Shown: positions 18,935 to 27,138 of the stretch, piece by piece
How positions within the stretch are numbered: position 1 is the stretch's first letter
Layout: every line of letters begins with the position of its first letter
Assembly: GCA_040754395.1 (NCBI GenBank)
Contig: JBFMCL010000004.1
Coordinates: 35,013-99,012 of the forward strand
Direction of reading: 5' to 3'
Source: Nitrospirota bacterium
GTDB taxonomy: Bacteria; Nitrospirota; Thermodesulfovibrionia; Thermodesulfovibrionales; SM23-35
DNA length: 64,000 nucleotides
Program-made: the position numbers and the translations under genes
Notes under the pieces: generated by a model
What the model saw: the letters and a program-made list of their open reading frames with translations, nothing else
Database searches by the model: none
Told to the model about the DNA's origin: nothing

Positions 18935-19707
18935 TTCAATCCCCGCAATTCCTGAATCAGGGCTTCCACCTGTTCATCCGGAGTACCTTCGAGCATCTTT
19001 CTGTCAGTTCGCATTTCGGGCGTGAATATATTCTTCACCTTTGTCGGTGAACCCTTCAGCCCCACATCATTCTCATCTGCAGGGATATCGGCCATTCCCC
19101 ATGTTGAAATGACCGCCTTCTTTGCAGCCATCTTTCCTTTCAACGAAGGCATCCTCGGTTCATTCAGTTCCTTCACTACGGTTAGGAGGACGGGGAGAGA
19201 GGATTCTACCAGGTCATATCCCTCATCCATCATCCTCTGAACCTTTATTGATTTCTGTGTTATCGATTCGATTTTCCTCACATACGAGATATGTGGGATA
19301 TCAAGAAATTCAGCGGTCTCAGGCCCGACTTGTGCAGTATCGCCGTCTATTGCCTGCTTTCCGCATATGATTATGTCAGCACCTATCTTTTGAATAGCCA
19401 TAGAAAGAGTATACGAAGTCGCCCATGTATCTGAACCGGCGAATGCCCTGTCCGAGAGAAGGACGGCCTCGTCTGCTCCCATCGCGATTGCATCCCTTAA
19501 GGCGGATTCTGCCTGAGGGGGGCCCATGGTGATTACCGTAACTTTTCCCCCTGCCCTTTCTCTGATCTGCAAGCCTGCTTCTATTGCATGCATGTCAAAA
19601 GGATTTATGATGCTTGGAACTCCTTCACGCACCATAGTTCCCGTTTCGGGATTGATCTTCACTTCGGCACTGTCAGGGACCTGTTTAATACAAATAATGA
19701 TGTTCAT
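18925..19707 (-). CDS. etfB: electron transfer flavoprotein beta subunit (bifurcating-type signature)
   Basis: MNIIICIKQVPD at the N-terminus. Has CGKQAIDGDTAQVGP where non-bifurcating ETF-beta has DDDxNQTG. 10-nt overlap with etfA. Confidence 0.9.
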   Translation of the reverse strand: MNIIICIKQVPDSAEVKINPETGTMVREGVPSIINPFDMHAIEAGLQIRERAGGKVTVITMGPPQAESALRDAIAMGADEAVLLSDRAFAGSDTWATSYTLSMAIQKIGADIIICGKQAIDGDTAQVGPETAEFLDIPHISYVRKIESITQKSIKVQRMMDEGYDLVESSLPVLLTVVKELNEPRMPSLKGKMAAKKAVISTWGMADIPADENDVGLKGSPTKVKNIFTPEMRTDRKMLEGTPDEQVEALIQELRGLKCL

Positions 19708-19867
19708 TCCGGATGCACCTCATGTCTTTATATTTATCTGTTACTCATCTCCAAGAAGAGCAGTTTCATCTTTCTTTTCCTGTTTTCCTTCATCGTCGAT
19801 ACGGACATACCAGCAGACTTGTTTCCAGATTATTTGAATTCTTTTCAAGATTGAAAACTGGATTGAT

Positions 19868-19897
19868 ATTATACGATGACATTTTTAATGATGTAAA
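19868..19897 (-). promoter_or_regulatory. candidate promoter of the etfBA-fabD cluster
   Basis: Minus strand reads TTTACA-18 nt-TATAAT, about 160 nt upstream of the etfB ATG. Confidence 0.35.
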
Positions 19898-20012
19898 CCC
19901 CGTTGACCATGTTTGGAAGCCTAACGAAATCCTGTAACATGCTGAAACATCTTAACAGATGTTTGCATTATTCCGTATTGATTGCGCGGAGAACTGTGAG
20001 AACAAAGATAAT

Positions 20013-20780
20013 TTACTTCAGTTCCACAAGGAAACGAAAGCTCTGATAACTGAAAAGAGCGCCGTTGGGAATGATTTGCTCTACTTTCGGACCCGATTCC
20101 ATATACTGTCCTTCCTTCAGTGTTTGGCTGTTGATTCTTATCATGCGTGCAGTCGGGTCATCGGAATAGAGAAATACCGTAATATTGAAATCAGATAGCT
20201 TCTGCCTGATGGAATGGGGAAGTTCGTTCAGTGCATATATTTTGCTTTTGTCCGGATTTACAATATTGTCGTTTTTTAATTCTTTCATACTGTTTTCGTG
20301 TCCCGGATTCTGTGCGTGCTCTTTTCCGGCAAATGCATCTGCTTTACTGAGATTCCCGGGTGCCGGATATCCCTTATTTCCTTTTTTGTCTGGTGGCGTC
20401 ACACTCTCCCTTTCACCATTTGCCATGATGCGTTCGTTCCTGCCGTAATCCGGCTTTGCAGCTGATGGTTTACTGCCGGCTGCCACAACGTGATCTTCCT
20501 TTTGATATAATGATCCAGGATCATTCAATATCTCTCTCTTAGACGCAGCTATTTCCTGCCCCGTTTGCCCAGTCATCACTTTTATTTTTTTCTCAGACGA
20601 TACAAACCAGTAAAATATCGCTCCCATATTGATGAGCAATACAAAAGAAAGTATATACGGCCACGGTGAGCGTTTTTTCTTCTCCTGATACACCGTTTCC
20701 TGCGTTGCGAGAAGGTCTGGTGGTGCTCCCCGTTTTCGCTCTTTTTCCGATTTTCTGAGTGCATCAAGAATATATGACAC
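20013..20780 (-). CDS. gspB: GspB/ExeB-like protein (partner of the GspA ATPase)
   Basis: Typical N-terminus MSYILDALRKSEKER, one TM helix and a low-complexity linker. GTG start overlaps the gspA TAG (TAGTG). Confidence 0.6.
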   Translation of the reverse strand: MSYILDALRKSEKERKRGAPPDLLATQETVYQEKKKRSPWPYILSFVLLINMGAIFYWFVSSEKKIKVMTGQTGQEIAASKREILNDPGSLYQKEDHVVAAGSKPSAAKPDYGRNERIMANGERESVTPPDKKGNKGYPAPGNLSKADAFAGKEHAQNPGHENSMKELKNDNIVNPDKSKIYALNELPHSIRQKLSDFNITVFLYSDDPTARMIRINSQTLKEGQYMESGPKVEQIIPNGALFSYQSFRFLVELK

Positions 20781-22390
20781 TATGCCCCCGCTTCTTCTTT
20801 CCTTGTCAGCAATGGTTCTCTGCTGCCTGTTGCATTGTTCAGATGGATAATGGTTTGAGAACCTACTACACCATCAGGAACAAGCCCCTTCGAATTCTGA
20901 AATTTTTTGATCTGTTTTACTAGATTTTCGTCATACACGGGATTCTTCAACGGCTGAGGCGTTACCCCCTGAGCAGCAGCCAGTTTTTGATGGACCCATG
21001 CTGTGACAGGCCCCCGATACCCCTGATGCAGGCTTCCCTGATAATGATCAGGGGCTTTCCATAGTATCAGCAGTTCGCCCGACCATTTCTTTTCAATCTC
21101 TTTTATGTCGACTTTCATTTCCTTCGCTCCTGCAACCAGCGTAGCGTGACCATTCATGATATTCGTCACTGTAACAAAAAATGTTTTTCCTGCATCATTA
21201 ACAAGACGCAATACCGCCGGACGGTTCAGGCGGAGGAGATCATTGACGCCTCCCCGTATCTTCAGGCACTGAAGTCCGTGTGATGCAACCTGAACACACG
21301 CCTCTTCGTTTTCGAGATACGGGATGCTCCATTGAGCAAACAGTGCCCGCAATGCCAAAGTTCTGCTTTTCTCGATAGGGTAACCGTCCGGCCAGTGCAA
21401 TGCAACAGACGCTAATGCTTCAGGATGCTGTAATGCAGATAGAGATTTTTCTTGCGTATTCGTGCCTGTATGACGGGGTGCATATATCATATAAGCTATG
21501 GTAATCACAGAAAGACTCCCGATGAGGAAAAGACCCGCAGCAATCCACTGCAATAACTGATTTTTCTTTTTGTATTGAACGGTTGTACCCATAACTTCAC
21601 GTGCCGCTTTCACAAGGGTTTTTCTTTCAACATGGGGGCTTCCCTCAACATATGCGCCCAGTAACGCTCTATCGCATATGATATTGATCATCCGTGGTAT
21701 CCCGCGACTGAAAGAATAAAGGCTGTCCATGACAGAATCCGGGAACAATATTCCCGGAGCTCCCGCAAGAGACAGGCGGTGGGCCACATATGCCTTCATC
21801 TCACTTTTTGAGAGCTGTTCTATATGGTATCGCGCGGTAATACGTTGTGAAAGCTGGAGCATTTCCTTACGTGCCAACATGTCTTTCAGTTCGGGCTGTC
21901 CAACCATTATGACCTGAAGAAGCTTCTGCTGATTCGTTTCAAGATTTGTCAGAAGTCGTATCTGCTCCAACACATCCGTTGAAAGATTCTGTGCCTCTTC
22001 AATTATCAGCACTGTTTTGCGCCCTCTTGCGTATGCATCCAGAAGATATGCGTTAATCAGATCAACAAAAACCTTAATGCTTTCGTTGCCTGATGGATAA
22101 TTGATTCCCAGCTCATCACAGAAAGACGCCAGAAGCTCCTTTGTGCTCACTTTCGGATTCAGGATAAAGGCAATATCTGAATATTCAGGTATTTGCTCCA
22201 GTAAACAGCGACATACCGTTGTTTTTCCGGTTCCTATTTCTCCTGTAAGCAGGACAAATCCGCCATCACTGTTGATTCCATATACGAGATGTGCCAGAGC
22301 TTCCCTGTGCTGTTCACTCAGGTAAAGAAAACGCGGGTCCGGTGAGATGGAAAAAGGTAATTCCTTCAGTCCGAAGTGTTCTTTATACAT
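20780..22390 (-). CDS. gspA: GspA/ExeA-like AAA ATPase with a C-terminal peptidoglycan-binding domain
   Basis: FGLKELPF N-terminus, Walker A GEIGTGKTT, Walker B VLIIEEAQ and one TM helix. The C-terminus has the PG_binding_1-like KGLVPDGVVGSQT. Confidence 0.8.
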   Translation of the reverse strand: MYKEHFGLKELPFSISPDPRFLYLSEQHREALAHLVYGINSDGGFVLLTGEIGTGKTTVCRCLLEQIPEYSDIAFILNPKVSTKELLASFCDELGINYPSGNESIKVFVDLINAYLLDAYARGRKTVLIIEEAQNLSTDVLEQIRLLTNLETNQQKLLQVIMVGQPELKDMLARKEMLQLSQRITARYHIEQLSKSEMKAYVAHRLSLAGAPGILFPDSVMDSLYSFSRGIPRMINIICDRALLGAYVEGSPHVERKTLVKAAREVMGTTVQYKKKNQLLQWIAAGLFLIGSLSVITIAYMIYAPRHTGTNTQEKSLSALQHPEALASVALHWPDGYPIEKSRTLALRALFAQWSIPYLENEEACVQVASHGLQCLKIRGGVNDLLRLNRPAVLRLVNDAGKTFFVTVTNIMNGHATLVAGAKEMKVDIKEIEKKWSGELLILWKAPDHYQGSLHQGYRGPVTAWVHQKLAAAQGVTPQPLKNPVYDENLVKQIKKFQNSKGLVPDGVVGSQTIIHLNNATGSREPLLTRKEEAGA

Positions 22391-22442
22391 AAGACTTTTT
22401 TAACTCCATACTGATACAGGTATGAGAAAAATTACAATGCAT

Positions 22443-24209
22443 TCAAACGTCCTCTATCTGTGCAATGCGGAGTTCAGCCCCTGTTGCCGAGATATCGCTG
22501 CTGAATCTGTCGATCAACCTGTTCACTTCCAATTGCTGTTCATCCCGGTAAAACAGGAACAATCCCATCATTTTATTTTTCTTCTCCATCTGAGGCTGAC
22601 AGACAAGTCCCACTTTTTCTGCCAATGGCTGCAGCATTGAGGAAATCTCAGATATATTTCTGAGACGTGCATCCCTTTCTCTGCGAACACTTCCCACGAT
22701 GAAAGCATACAGTTCTTCAGGAAGGTCCGGCACAAGTTCACGGGGGTCAGGCACATCCTCCTTCAGGTGCAAATCCATTAGAGCTGTGAGATTATCCTCG
22801 GGAAAAGGCCTTTTTCCCATTAGCATCTCATATGCGGTAATTCCGAGGGAGTAGATATCGGTTCGTTCGTCAACAGGTTCCCCCCGAATCTGTTCCGGAG
22901 CCATGTAATAAATTGTTCCAGGAAGGTTAATGTCCACGCTCCCCGGAGGGCATGCCAGTCCGAAATCAACGATTTTTGTCACACCGTCAGGCTGAACAAA
23001 AATATTCGCAGGCTTGATATCCTGATGGATTATTCCATGCGAGTGTGCATACTCAAGTCCGGAGCATACCTGTAAAATGATATCCAGAACTGCCTTCAGG
23101 GACAATTTTGGCATATGCGCAAGGATATCTTCCATCGATGATCCTTCAAGATATTCCATCATGATAAAAACCGTCCGGTACAATTCTTCGATATCATAGA
23201 CTTTCACGATATTTACATGATTCAGTCCTGCAATGATCTTTGCTTCATTCTGGAATTTTTCGGCGAATTCAGGGTCCATGGCCATTGTATGTTTAAGCAT
23301 TTTGATTGCAACGGGGAAATTCAATTTTCCGTGAATACCCTTGTACACTGTGCTCCAGGCACCCTGTCCTATCGTCTCTTTTATAGTATACTTGCCGACT
23401 GTTCTGAATGCCGACAGTTTCGAAGCAGAAATCCTGTCGGTTACTATTTCGGTTAAAAAATTCCTGAGGTCGGGATATTTCTGGGACAATGAATCAAAAC
23501 TGTTCCTGTTCAAACGCCATACACTAATGCCGGTTTCAGCATCAACATGCGTGCTCCTTCGGGCACCTGTCAGTACCGACATTTCCCCTACGATATCACC
23601 TGCCTTTAATCGTGTTATTGATTCTTCTTTTCCGTCTATTTCCACTCTGATAATACATGAGCCTTTGCGGATAATATACAAACTGTCGCCTTCATCACCC
23701 TGCGTGATAAACCTTTCTCCCGGCTCGAAATGCATAAAACTCAGGCTGTTCAACAGAGGGCTGACCGATTCATGGGGAATTGAATTGAAGAGATTTGTTT
23801 CAAGAAGGAATTCAAGATCCTGAGGAGTCATTCTTTTTTCTTCGTCTCCAGATACAGACGCAACTCTCTTGTCTCCGGCAACTGTCTTATGAAATTCAAT
23901 CCCCATGAGATAGCTGCCTGTCTTCTTGGGATGAATATCGCTCCATATCACCTTTCCCATAAGTGTCATCCATGCCTTATTTCCGGGATGCCAGATGCGC
24001 ATGTCGAGAACCGATTGCCTCCTGAAATCCATCGGCGTTTCAACGAGAAGTCCTTTTTTGCTGATATTAATGACATTTATATGCAGAGTTGCCGGAATTT
24101 TTGCAAATATTGTGCGCAGATCTTTTCCTTGCTCAGGATAGATAAGACCGTTGTTTGGCGGCTGTATCTGTTCTCTTGGCCAGCGCCTTCGTTCTTTTTT
24201 GTTCTCCAT
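22443..24209 (-). CDS. PilZ / cyclic-nucleotide-binding / Ser-Thr protein kinase fusion protein
   Basis: PilZ motifs RRWPR (RxxxR) and NISKKG. cNMP-binding motif GDIVGEMSVLTGARRSTHV. Kinase motifs GQGAWSTVYKG, VAIKMLK, HQDIKPAN (non-RD), DFG and MAPE. GAGGGGAG SD. Confidence 0.85.
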   Translation of the reverse strand: MENKKERRRWPREQIQPPNNGLIYPEQGKDLRTIFAKIPATLHINVINISKKGLLVETPMDFRRQSVLDMRIWHPGNKAWMTLMGKVIWSDIHPKKTGSYLMGIEFHKTVAGDKRVASVSGDEEKRMTPQDLEFLLETNLFNSIPHESVSPLLNSLSFMHFEPGERFITQGDEGDSLYIIRKGSCIIRVEIDGKEESITRLKAGDIVGEMSVLTGARRSTHVDAETGISVWRLNRNSFDSLSQKYPDLRNFLTEIVTDRISASKLSAFRTVGKYTIKETIGQGAWSTVYKGIHGKLNFPVAIKMLKHTMAMDPEFAEKFQNEAKIIAGLNHVNIVKVYDIEELYRTVFIMMEYLEGSSMEDILAHMPKLSLKAVLDIILQVCSGLEYAHSHGIIHQDIKPANIFVQPDGVTKIVDFGLACPPGSVDINLPGTIYYMAPEQIRGEPVDERTDIYSLGITAYEMLMGKRPFPEDNLTALMDLHLKEDVPDPRELVPDLPEELYAFIVGSVRRERDARLRNISEISSMLQPLAEKVGLVCQPQMEKKNKMMGLFLFYRDEQQLEVNRLIDRFSSDISATGAELRIAQIEDV

Positions 24210-24349
24210 TCACTCCCCTCTGCATTGCTTTCCAGCCAACAGATAGCTTTTTGTGAATAGATGGAGTATTCAAATATAGTTGTAAAATTATAGCAAATTT
24301 TTGGTATTGAGCAGAAAACGTTTTTATTGAAGCTTCAGTTTTCCTCAAG

Positions 24350-24739
24350 CTATGAAAAGGCGGGGATATCTGCCGTATCAATTATGTGCAGATGGATCTT
24401 TTCGTCTTTATTCGCACTGCTGAATAAGGCTTCCGCAGCATTTCTGATCTTCTCCGGGGAATGCGCTGCAACTACAATACGCAACCTGTTAAACCCCAAC
24501 CTGTTTCTTTCCTTTTTTCCTGCATCAACAAGAATCGGTAACACTTCCTTTATTACGTCTGTATCATCGATTTCCGCGATATAAATCAGGAGCCTGTTGC
24601 CGATATTCAGCCTGCTTCTCAGAACAATATCGTGTACCCTAAGAGAAGACTGACACTCAATAATGCGGAATACCTCGTCGGGACACCCGCAACCCAATGT
24701 ATTTCTTACAAAAGTTTTTATTTCTTCATAATTATTCAT
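24350..24739 (-). CDS. hypothetical protein with a GCGCP motif
   Basis: The ORF track starts at TTG 24760, but that TTG is part of TTGTATAAT, a -10-like element. The ATG at 24739 (MNNYEE...) is the more likely start. No family recognised. Confidence 0.5.
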   Translation of the reverse strand: MNNYEEIKTFVRNTLGCGCPDEVFRIIECQSSLRVHDIVLRSRLNIGNRLLIYIAEIDDTDVIKEVLPILVDAGKKERNRLGFNRLRIVVAAHSPEKIRNAAEALFSSANKDEKIHLHIIDTADIPAFS

Positions 24740-24905
24740 ATTTTCTTCAGAATTATACAAGAATGACGACCCTGAGGGTTCAAACGAAAGAAGACTCTCG
24801 TGCAGAGTGGTTCTGCCGGAAATGAATCAGCGAAGCCTGAGGGTCAGTATGGGGAGCCGAACAGACAAAACATGCAATATTGCAGTCGCAAGTACGGATA
24901 CTGGC

Positions 24906-25133
24906 TTAGCCTCCTGCTGTCCGTCTCTCGTATGACCTTTTTATCCTGAGGGCTTTTACCCTTTTCTTTCTCGCCTCTCTCTTTTTGCGCTTCTCTTTTT
25001 CGGATGGTTTCTCAAAAAAGCTTCTCTGCTTTATCTCTTTGAAAAGGCCGTCTTTCTGAAGCTGCCGTTTAAGGGATTTGAGTGCTTTCTCTACATCGTT
25101 ACCGTATACTTTGATATCCAAAACATTTATCAC
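24906..25133 (-). CDS. rpsU: 30S ribosomal protein S21
   Basis: 75 aa. Has the ALKSLKRQLQKDGLFKEIK.. pattern, is basic and has the typical S21 length. Confidence 0.95.
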   Translation of the reverse strand: MINVLDIKVYGNDVEKALKSLKRQLQKDGLFKEIKQRSFFEKPSEKEKRKKREARKKRVKALRIKRSYERRTAGG

Positions 25134-25316
25134 CGCCCTCTTCCTGAACTGTTACTTTTTCCATATGCTGCACTGCTCTGGACGGCCCCTTTGTCCCGTT
25201 TCTCAAACGAGTCATCACCTTGATTGCTGTAACATGATGACTTCGAATAAGCATTATTCCGCAGAAAAAACGAATATTTCATCGTCTCAGGGGGCCAAAA
25301 CTCCACAAGACAAAAT
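25134..25316 (-). promoter_or_regulatory. long structured 5' leader of rpsU
   Basis: Leader of about 170-180 nt from the predicted promoter. A perfect 8-bp hairpin (25210-25217 / 25235-25242) is enclosed by GGCCCC/GGGGCC pairing (25184-25189 / 25291-25296). Confidence 0.35.
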
Positions 25317-25345
25317 AGTATAGAATAAGTTTATTTTATTGTAAA
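25317..25345 (-). promoter_or_regulatory. candidate rpsU promoter
   Basis: Minus strand reads TTTACA-17 nt-TATACT. Confidence 0.45.
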
Positions 25346-25466
25346 TCTTTTTTTCATTTCCATAAGGCGAAAAATCTCTATTGTCCTTAAAATTTCCCCT
25401 TTATTATTTGTCTGCCCTGAGCTTTTACTGCACTTCCTGTATATCTCAAGAGATAATATTCACTTT

Positions 25467-25495
25467 TTGTCAACTTTTTTGTTTTTTGGTAGAAT
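25467..25495 (+). promoter_or_regulatory. candidate promoter P1 upstream of the P460-like gene
   Basis: TTGTCA-17 nt-TAGAAT with an extended -10 (TGGTAGAAT). About 200 nt upstream of the ATG. Confidence 0.45.
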
Positions 25496-25614
25496 GAACA
25501 CCATAGGACCTGAACAGTTTGCACAATTAAAAACACCCTGAAATAGCATTACAGGAAATACCACATCACAAATTATTTCTGATACTTATTATAATATTAA
25601 ATACATAAAATTTA

Positions 25615-25643
25615 TTGACGGTTGCAATATGAATCATCATAAT
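25615..25643 (+). promoter_or_regulatory. candidate promoter P2 upstream of the P460-like gene
   Basis: TTGACG-17 nt-CATAAT, about 50 nt upstream of the ATG at 25694. Confidence 0.4.
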
Positions 25644-25693
25644 GAAGTCAGGACATTATTGTGAGAATAAAAACAGGACAAGGAGGATGTAAA

Positions 25694-26230
25694 ATGAAAA
25701 GGTCTTTTTCTGCTATTGCTCTTTTGCTCGGAATCTGTCTGGTATTCTTTTATTTCGGTTCTGCACAGGGATTTCGTGGCGGCGGCGGAAGAGGAGCTTC
25801 TGCAACACCAACCAGTTCTGCCCTGAAACCCGAGGGCGCAGCCGTATGGCAATATCTGAAGACAACGGATTACACGAAGAAGTTCAAGATGTGGCCGGGA
25901 AAGTCGTCTTTCTATCAGGGCAAGGAGCCTCACGGTGCGCTTTTGACCACTTATGTCAATATTCCGGCCCTAATGGCCATTGCGGGAAAAAAGGGATCCT
26001 TTCCTGAAGGCTCCATGATTGTGAAAGAGAACTACTCCTCTGAAAAGCAACTAAAGTCGATAACCGTTATGTACAAAGTATACGGATACAATCCAGAAGC
26101 AGGAGACTGGTTCTGGGCACAATATGCGCCGGGCGGAAAAGTTGAAGCAGAAGGCAAGGTGGATACATGCATCAAATGCCATGCTGAAAACAAAAATAAC
26201 GACTATATTTTTACCGCACCTCTGAAATAA
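25694..26230 (+). CDS. cytochrome P460 / cytochrome c'-beta family protein (secreted)
   Basis: AAGGAGG SD precedes the ATG at 25694; the track start at 25661 has none. Signal peptide present. A single C-terminal CxxCH (CIKCH) follows DWFWAQY...GG, as in the P460 fold. Confidence 0.7.
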   Translation: MKRSFSAIALLLGICLVFFYFGSAQGFRGGGGRGASATPTSSALKPEGAAVWQYLKTTDYTKKFKMWPGKSSFYQGKEPHGALLTTYVNIPALMAIAGKKGSFPEGSMIVKENYSSEKQLKSITVMYKVYGYNPEAGDWFWAQYAPGGKVEAEGKVDTCIKCHAENKNNDYIFTAPLK

Positions 26231-26239
26231 GATGCCTGG

Positions 26240-26276
26240 GAGGGGAACCATGCTCCGGCACTTTCCCCTCTTTTTT
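26240..26276 (+). terminator. Rho-independent terminator after the P460-like gene
   Basis: 8-bp GC-rich stem GAGGGGAA / TTCCCCTC (26240-26247 / 26263-26270) followed by TTTTTT. Confidence 0.6.
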
Positions 26277-26298
26277 CATACTGCATCGGGAGGGTTTC

Positions 26299-27018
26299 AT
26301 GGATAAAGCATTCGACACAAGGGTTATTGACATTATCCAGCGGACTCACGATATTAAGAGTTTTCGATTTTCCTGCCCTCAGGACATTTCTTTCAAACCG
26401 GGACAGTTCTTTTTTGTTACGATAAGAATTCATGGAAAGGAAGCTTCAAAGCATTTTTCCTTTTCAAATTCTCCTACAGAGCATGGATATATCGAATTTA
26501 CCAAGAGGTTAACCGGCAGCGAATTCTCTCAGGCACTCGATACACTGAAAACAGGGGACTGGGCAAGAATCAGAATGCCATTCGGGCTGTTCACATTTGA
26601 GGGTGAATATCCAAAAATTGCCTGCCTTTCCAGCGGCATTGGCATAACTCCTGTCAGAAGCATCTGCAAAAACGCATGCGACAGGCATTTACCCACAGAT
26701 ATTGTGCTGCTCTATGGCAACAGGACAGAAAAGGATATCGCGTTCCTTGACGATTTCCGTCAGATGGCAAAGGAAAACAGAAATTTTCGCGTCATTTACA
26801 CTTTAAGCCGGCCTTTATACGCAGATTCCTGGTCGGGAAAGCAGGGACGAATCAGCGGAGACATCATCAGGGAAGAAATTCCGGATTACCTTGAACGGAT
26901 TTTCTACATATGCGGGCCTCCACAGATGGTAAATGATTTAAAGGAAGTTCTTACAAAAGAGCTCATGGTTGATACTCAAAAAATAAAAACAGAACTATTT
27001 ACCGGATATGGCTCCTGA
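26299..27018 (+). CDS. FNR-like FAD/NAD(P)-binding oxidoreductase (no Fe-S domain)
   Basis: FAD-binding beta-barrel (FKPGQFFFV, HFSFSNSP), NAD-binding GIGITP and C-terminal YICGPPQM. Confidence 0.75.
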   Translation: MDKAFDTRVIDIIQRTHDIKSFRFSCPQDISFKPGQFFFVTIRIHGKEASKHFSFSNSPTEHGYIEFTKRLTGSEFSQALDTLKTGDWARIRMPFGLFTFEGEYPKIACLSSGIGITPVRSICKNACDRHLPTDIVLLYGNRTEKDIAFLDDFRQMAKENRNFRVIYTLSRPLYADSWSGKQGRISGDIIREEIPDYLERIFYICGPPQMVNDLKEVLTKELMVDTQKIKTELFTGYGS

Positions 27019-27138
27019 TCATTTCTTCCATAGGAAAAGGAAAGGTCTTGTTCAATACAGATCCGCCAAGCCCGTGGATCTTTCAGCCAAAATGTCTGAA
27101 TCATGCAACAAATCCTACAGAATCAGAAAGGATTCTTC

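Noticed and set aside
19713-19937. Three overlapping 74-103-aa plus-strand ORFs in and near the etfB upstream region.
   Set aside because: They have no SD, overlap one another and give low-complexity translations. The region is better explained as the promoter and leader of etfBA.
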